DNA from: Eledone cirrhosa
Lineage: Eukaryota
Reading direction: 5' to 3'
NCBI GenBank assembly: GCA_964016885.1
Contig: OZ024741.1
Coordinates: 336,970,001-337,034,000, forward strand
Length of the DNA: 64,000 bases
The notes beneath the pieces were generated by a model. It worked only from the letters and a program-made list of their open reading frames with translations. It searched no databases and was not told the DNA's origin. Numbering within the stretch: the first letter of the stretch is position 1; every line of letters begins with the position of its first letter. Position numbers and translations under genes: made by a program. Of this stretch, positions 57,581 to 64,000 are shown in pieces.

Positions 57581-57835
57581 TATATATATATTTATATAAA
57601 TATATATATATGTGTGTGTGTGTGTATATCTATATCATCATCATCATCATCCATTTTCCACGCTAGCATGGGTTAGACAAGTTGGTCAATTGTGAGACAA
57701 GTCAGATGAGGGGATTGTGTCTTGCTTTTAGAGAATTGTTTCTGGCGTGATTTATTTGGCTGAATGTCCTTCCTAACAGTTACTCATGTCATATGGTCTT
57801 GGATACATTTTGTCTAGGTGATATTTACTAATGTA

Positions 57836-57891
<56 letters not shown>

Positions 57892-58097
57892 ATAATAATA
57901 AAATTTGAAGACTAAAATCCAAAGAGGGCTCGATAAGGATAAATATATATCAAATATATAAGAACCGTAGAGCAAATATTTATTAAAATAACAGATTAAA
58001 GTTTAAGCAAAGAATCGCTGCTTTCACCCTTAACGGGAGCGATTCTTTGCTTAAACTTGAATATGTTATTTTAATATATATATATATATATGTACAC

Positions 58098-58128
<31 letters not shown>

Positions 58129-58130
58129 CA

Positions 58131-59573
58131 GAAATTAATAAAAACAATGAATAAAAACAAAGAAACAGTTCCTTATATTATAATATTCATCATTTTACGA
58201 TCGTTTCTACGATATATATGTGTGTGTTGGTATATATATCATATAGATCTATGTAAAAATTTTACAAACTATCAGAGGAAATATACATACCTACACATAT
58301 ATATATGCTGTCTTCAGAAATAATTGTTTCTACTTTTTGGCACAAGGCCAGCAATTACACAGTGCATTACTGGTACTTTATTTTATCGACCCCATAAGGA
58401 TGAAAGGCAAAGTTAACCTCGGCGGGATTTGAACTCAGATCATAAAGGGACGTAACTCTATGCTTCAAAGCATAGTGTCCGACTCTCTACAGATACTGCC
58501 AATCCATGGCCCTGCTGTCTTCAGAAATAATTGTTTCTACTTTAGGCACAAGGCCAGCAATTACCCAGTGCATTTCTGGTACTTTATTTTATCGACCCCG
58601 TAAGGATGAAAGGTAAAATCAACCTCGGCGGGATTTGAACTCAGATCGTAAAGGGATGTAACTATGCTGGAAAGCATGGCGTCCAACTCTCTACCGATAC
58701 TGCCAATCCAGTCTTAGAAAAGTAGTAAGTGGTCAAGTTGATAGAATAGTAGTAGTAGAAATTTAGTATTCTTTCCATTCCAAACTGAAGTCTGCATTCC
58801 TCTACCACTAAATTAAATTTCTACTACGACTATTCTATCAACTTGACCACTTACTACTGTTCTATTGGTCAATTCAAAACCTGTTCCCAAACAGACCTAT
58901 TATATTAAATCTTTGTTGTTTTTTTTCAATAAACAAATAGCAGCATTATTTCTGAATAAAGTGGCGGTGGATTGGCAGTATCGGTAGAGAGTCGGACGCC
59001 ATGCTTTGTCGCATAGAGTTACGGCCCTTTATGATCTGAGTTCAAATCCCGCCGAGGTTAACTTTGCCTTTCATCCTTACGGGGTCGATAAAATAAAGTA
59101 GCAGTCACGCACTGGGGTCGATTTCATCGACTTTTCCCTATCACCAAAATTGCTGGCCTTGTGCCTACATAAGAAACTATTATTTCTGAATAAAGTGGCA
59201 GTGGATTGGCAGTATCGGTAGAGGGTCGGACGCCATGCTTTGACGCATAGAGTTGCGGCCCTTTCCATTCTGAGTTCAAATCCCGCCGAGGTTAACTTTG
59301 CCTTTCATCCTTACGGGGTCGATAAAATAAAGTACCAGTCATGTACTGTGTAATTGCTGGCCTTGTGCCTACAGTAGAAACAATTATTTCTGAAGACAGT
59401 ATATATATGTGTAGGTATGTATATTCCCTCTGATATTTTGTAAAATTTTTACATAGATCTATATGATATACTTACCAACACACACATATATATCCTAGAA
59501 ACGATCGTAAAATGATGAATTTTTTAATATAAGGAACTGTTTCTTTGTTTTTATTAATTGTTTTTATTAATTT
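58131..59573. repeat. 1.4-kb nested inverted repeat containing four SINE copies and a central hairpin
   Basis: Outer arms 58131-58320 / 59388-59573; two SINEs (-) 58320-58710; hairpin 58721-58858; two SINEs (+) 58960-59390. Confidence 0.85.
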
Positions 59574-59703
59574 ATCTTGACTCTGTTTTCCTATGATTTT
59601 TATCGATAAATTTTTGAATACATCTTCTCTTTTCATGATATTTGGATTACATTGAGTTCTTCATACGGATTGGACACTATCATATATTTTGGTAGATTTA
59701 TCT

Positions 59704-59764
<61 letters not shown>

Positions 59765-60049
59765 CAAATAACGAAACGAAATTAAATTTCGTTTCGCTTC
59801 TAACTCACTTTTGTATGACTGACGCTTAAACAATTAAGTTAAAGTGTACATCTACATATGTATACGGAAGTATTAGTATGCATATAAATACACACATGTA
59901 TACATATGTACATGTACTCAGCTTTTCACTAGACACTTTACAGTGAGTGTCAGCTAGTCTGTATGTAACCACACAGGCGGACCGGGTTTTAGAGTCATAC
60001 GAGTTTTCAAGGAAACACATTTCCTCTATTCTCCAGAGGGCCAGACAGG

Positions 60050-60094
60050 AATATTGGACTAGTTTCGATGTTATTACATCTCATCAGCAATATT
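60050..60094 (-). ncRNA. Type-I hammerhead ribozyme
   Basis: Reverse complement of 60606-60650. Confidence 0.85.
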
Positions 60095-60605
60095 TACCCA
60101 TCTTCCGGCTTCTCTGGAGAATTGTAAAAGCACATATCGTTATATGCTTTTTCTATGAAAATTAGTAGTGGGTAGACTAATTTGCATAGAACGTGAGTCA
60201 TTGTACGCACCGGTTCAGCGGAAACGATAAAAACAAATAACGAAACGAAATTTAATTTCGTTTCGCTTCTAACTCACTTTTGTATGACTGACGCTTAAAC
60301 AATTAAGTTAAAGTGTACATCTACATATGTATACGGAAGTATTAGTATGCATATAAATACACACATGTATACATATGTACATGTACTCAGCTTTTCACTA
60401 GACACTTTACAGTCATACAAAAGTGAGTTAGAAGCGAAACGAAATTAAATTTCGTTTCGTTATTTGTTTTTATCGTTTCCGCTGAACCGGTGCGTACAAT
60501 GACTCACGTTCTATGCAAATTAGTCTACCCACTACTAATTTTCATAGAAAAAGCATATAACGATATGTGCTTTTACAATTCTCCAGAGAAGCCGGAATAT
60601 GGGTA

Positions 60606-60650
60606 AATATTGCTGATGAGATGTAATAACATCGAAACTAGTCCAATATT
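60606..60650 (+). ncRNA. Type-I hammerhead ribozyme
   Basis: AAUAUUG-CUGAUGA-GAUGU-AAUA-ACAUC-GAAA-CUAG-UC^-CAAUAUU; canonical core, GUC site. Confidence 0.88.
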
Positions 60651-61074
60651 CCTGTCTGGCCCTCTGGAGAATAGAGGAAATGTGTTTCCTTGAAAACTCG
60701 TATGACTCTAAAACCCGGTCCGCCTGTGTGGTTACATACAGACTAGCTGACACTCACTGTAAAGTGTCTAGTGAAAAGCTGAGTACATGTACATATGTAT
60801 ACATGTGTGTATTTATATGCATACTAATACTTCCGTATACATATGTAGATGTACACTTTAACTTAATTGTTTAAGCGTCAGTCATACAAAAGTGAGTTAG
60901 AAGCGAAACGAAATTTAATTTCGTTTCGTTATTTGTTTTTATCGTTTCCGCTGAACCGGTGCGTACAATGACTCACGTTCTATGCAAATTAGTCTACCCA
61001 CTACTAATTTTCATAGAAAAAGCATATAACGATATGTGCTTTTACAATTCTCCAGAGAAGCCGGAAGATGGGTA

Positions 61075-61119
61075 AATATTGCTGATGAGATGTAATAACA
61101 TCGAAACTAGTCCAATATT
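61075..61119 (+). ncRNA. Type-I hammerhead ribozyme
   Basis: Identical copy, +469. Confidence 0.88.
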
Positions 61120-61543
61120 CCTGTCTGGCCCTCTGGAGAATAGAGGAAATGTGTTTCCTTGAAAACTCGTATGACTCTAAAACCCGGTCCGCCTGTGTGG
61201 TTACATACAGACTAGCTGACACTCACTGTAAAGTGTCTAGTGAAAAGCTGAGTACATGTACATATGTATACATGTGTGTATTTATATGCATACTAATACT
61301 TCCGTATACATATGTAGATGTACACTTTAACTTAATTGTTTAAGCGTCAGTCATACAAAAGTGAGTTAGAAGCGAAACGAAATTTAATTTCGTTTCGTTA
61401 TTTGTTTTTATCGTTTCCGCTGAACCGGTGCGTACAATGACTCACGTTCTATGCAAATTAGTCTACCCACTACTAATTTTCATAGAAAAAGCATATAACG
61501 ATATGTGCTTTTACAATTCTCCAGAGAAGCCGGAAGATGGGTA

Positions 61544-61588
61544 AATATTGCTGATGAGATGTAATAACATCGAAACTAGTCCAATATT
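61544..61588 (+). ncRNA. Type-I hammerhead ribozyme
   Basis: Identical copy, +938. Confidence 0.88.
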
Positions 61589-62012
61589 CCTGTCTGGCCC
61601 TCTGGAGAATAGAGGAAATGTGTTTCCTTGAAAACTCGTATGACTCTAAAACCCGGTCCGCCTGTGTGGTTACATACAGACTAGCTGACACTCACTGTAA
61701 AGTGTCTAGTGAAAAGCTGAGTACATGTACATATGTATACATGTGTGTATTTATATGCATACTAATACTTCCGTATACATATGTAGATGTACACTTTAAC
61801 TTAATTGTTTAAGCGTCAGTCATACAAAAGTGAGTTAGAAGCGAAACGAAATTTAATTTCGTTTCGTTATTTGTTTTTATCGTTTCCGCTGAACCGGTGC
61901 GTACAATGACTCACGTTCTATGCAAATTAGTCTACCCACTACTAATTTTCATAGAAAAAGCATATAACGATATGTGCTTTTACAATTCTCCAGAGAAGCC
62001 GGAAGATGGGTA

Positions 62013-62057
62013 AATATTGCTGATGAGATGTAATAACATCGAAACTAGTCCAATATT
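62013..62057 (+). ncRNA. Type-I hammerhead ribozyme
   Basis: Identical copy, +1407. Confidence 0.88.
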
Positions 62058-62269
62058 CCTGTCTGGCCCTCTGGAGAATAGAGGAAATGTGTTTCCTTGA
62101 AAACTCGTATGACTCTAAAACCCGGTCCGCCTGTGTGGTTATATACAGACTAGCTGACACTCACTGTAAAGTGTCTAGTGAAAAGCTGAGTACATGTACA
62201 TATGTATACATGTGTGTATTTATATGCTTACTAATACTTCCGTATACATATGTAGATGTACACTTTAAC

Positions 62270-62321
<52 letters not shown>

Positions 62322-64000
62322 CATATATATATATATATATACTAGGGATAACAAAATATCGTTATAGTTAATCCAGTTTGAGGTTGTTACATCCGATGAT
62401 CTGGTTAAGCTAACATCGTATTTTAAATTGAGTGGCACTGCTTCTAGTGTTCAGCAATTTTTAGACAACTTAATCAATGAAACAATTGTCAGACTGTAAA
62501 TAAATCCTTTTTTTGTACTGTTGACCATGTTATTCCTCGCTTTTTCAATTTTATATATATATATTATATACTGTTGTGTTACTACTGCTACCAAACTCGT
62601 CCGATGGGCTGCGTACTCTACCACTACGGATATTACCTTCCAGTATTCTACCTTTTTATATATATATATATATATATATCGGATAACAAATTATCGTTAT
62701 AGGTAATCCAAAATGTGAATAAAGCCCTTATTGTATAGCAAACCATGTCACTCTTCTTTCTTGATTTATATATATATACATGTATATCTGTATATATATA
62801 TACATATATATCTAACAAAGAGGGTGAGGTAAAATAACAGGTGGACCATAACGCACCAGAGTACTCAATACTTAAGGTAGTAGGGTGGGTAATAGGAAAA
62901 GAGTCAGAACGCCAACGGCTGAGCTCCGGCCGTTTCAACAGCTAGATCCGGTTCAGATCTCGTTGCCAAAATGGCTGGAGATCAGCCGTCGGGGTCCTCA
63001 CTCTTTTCCTATGTATATATCTATATATATATGTATATATATAAATATATATATATATATAAATATACATACATATTTCATATATATATATAATCCTTAT
63101 CGAATCCTCTTCGGATTTTAGTCTTTCATAATTATTATTACTATATATATAATATATATATATATATATGTATATATGTAAATATGTATATATATGTATA
63201 TATATATGTATATATATATATGTATATATATATGTATATATGTATATACACATATATACCTAAATTTATACCTAAATATAAACATATGATTTTAAACGTA
63301 TGCTCTAATCAGAGGTTTTCTATATACACCAATGTGTGTAAACATCAACATATACATACATTCAATAATTTCATTATAGAGTATTTATCTTTGCTTAGAA
63401 ATTACTGAATAAGAATAATGAAAAACTTACAAGTGTATTATTCATTAATGACAGATGGAAGAAGAAAAGCAGCTGTCAGAACCTTGTTATCATTTATAAC
63501 AGCTAGGTTTAAAATTCTTGTCAAATGTTTGTTAAATTTCACTAAATAAGGCCAATTCTGATTTGCTGTTGTCAATAATGTTATGGAAATGAAATTTAAT
63601 TATATCTTAGTTGTAGATAATTACTTAAAAAAATAAAATTAAAAAAATGGAAGATAGGAAAGACAAAATGAAATTAAATAAATAATCATAAAATTAAAAT
63701 AAGATATGAAATTGTAATATTATTGAAATTTGAACTGTAACATAGCCATTTAATGTTCAGTTTATGAGAGTATCATCTTAGCAAGACATAAATCTGGTTT
63801 TAAATTTCAAAATGTTTTTGACATTACAAAACACAGACAAGACAAAGACATATGTCCATACTGTAAAATGGTCCTGTTGGTAACAGCGAAAAGTGCTCAA
63901 TCCATACTGTAAAGTGGTTGTGTTGGTGACACATCAAAAATCACCCAGTCAACACTGTGAAGTGGTCGTGTTAGTGACATGATAAAAAAGCACCCATTCC

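Larger units (their letters stand above)
59760..62275. mobile_element. Retrozyme-like array of 469-bp monomers (1.4 inverted + ~4 direct), one hammerhead per monomer
   Basis: Exact 469 period (ORF-track repeats at 60535/61004/61473/61942); inversion at CAGT 60410-60413; (TA)n on both flanks. Confidence 0.9.

Noticed and set aside
59760-62275. CRISPR array or plain satellite interpretation
   Set aside because: No unique spacers or cas genes in a eukaryotic context; the per-monomer HHR and 5' inversion fit a retrozyme better than a simple satellite
59826-62371. Repeated 64- and 72-aa ORFs in the 469-bp array
   Set aside because: Short, overlapping on opposite strands, no recognisable domain; repetition reflects the DNA repeat

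Overview
AT-rich, microsatellite-dense animal genomic DNA. The (TA)n/(CA)n/(TAA)n/(CAT)n tracts, tRNA-derived SINEs and RTE, R4/Dong and Penelope retroelements look like an octopus-type cephalopod genome (inference). No intact host gene is visible; there are only two candidate exons near 3.6-4.5 kb. Most ORF-track entries are microsatellite noise. Real coding remnants are Penelope-like elements (PLEs; RT plus GIY-YIG), an R4/Dong LINE interrupted by a solo LTR, RTE LINEs and a CR1/L2-like fragment, alongside small DNA-transposon MITEs and Helitron-like elements. The main hidden signal is about 30 type-I hammerhead ribozyme (HHR) motifs, read by eye, from roughly ten unrelated sequence families. 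Almost all lie in short non-coding elements embedded in (TA)n and built as an inverted partial copy followed by direct or tandem copies. The clearest case is a near-identical 469-bp tandem array (59760-62275) with one HHR per monomer, a retrozyme-like locus that may produce circular RNA. Several motifs show compensatory stem changes and the U3-A8 swap of the C3-G8 core pair, which argues for selection on ribozyme structure. Folding and activity were not computed or tested.
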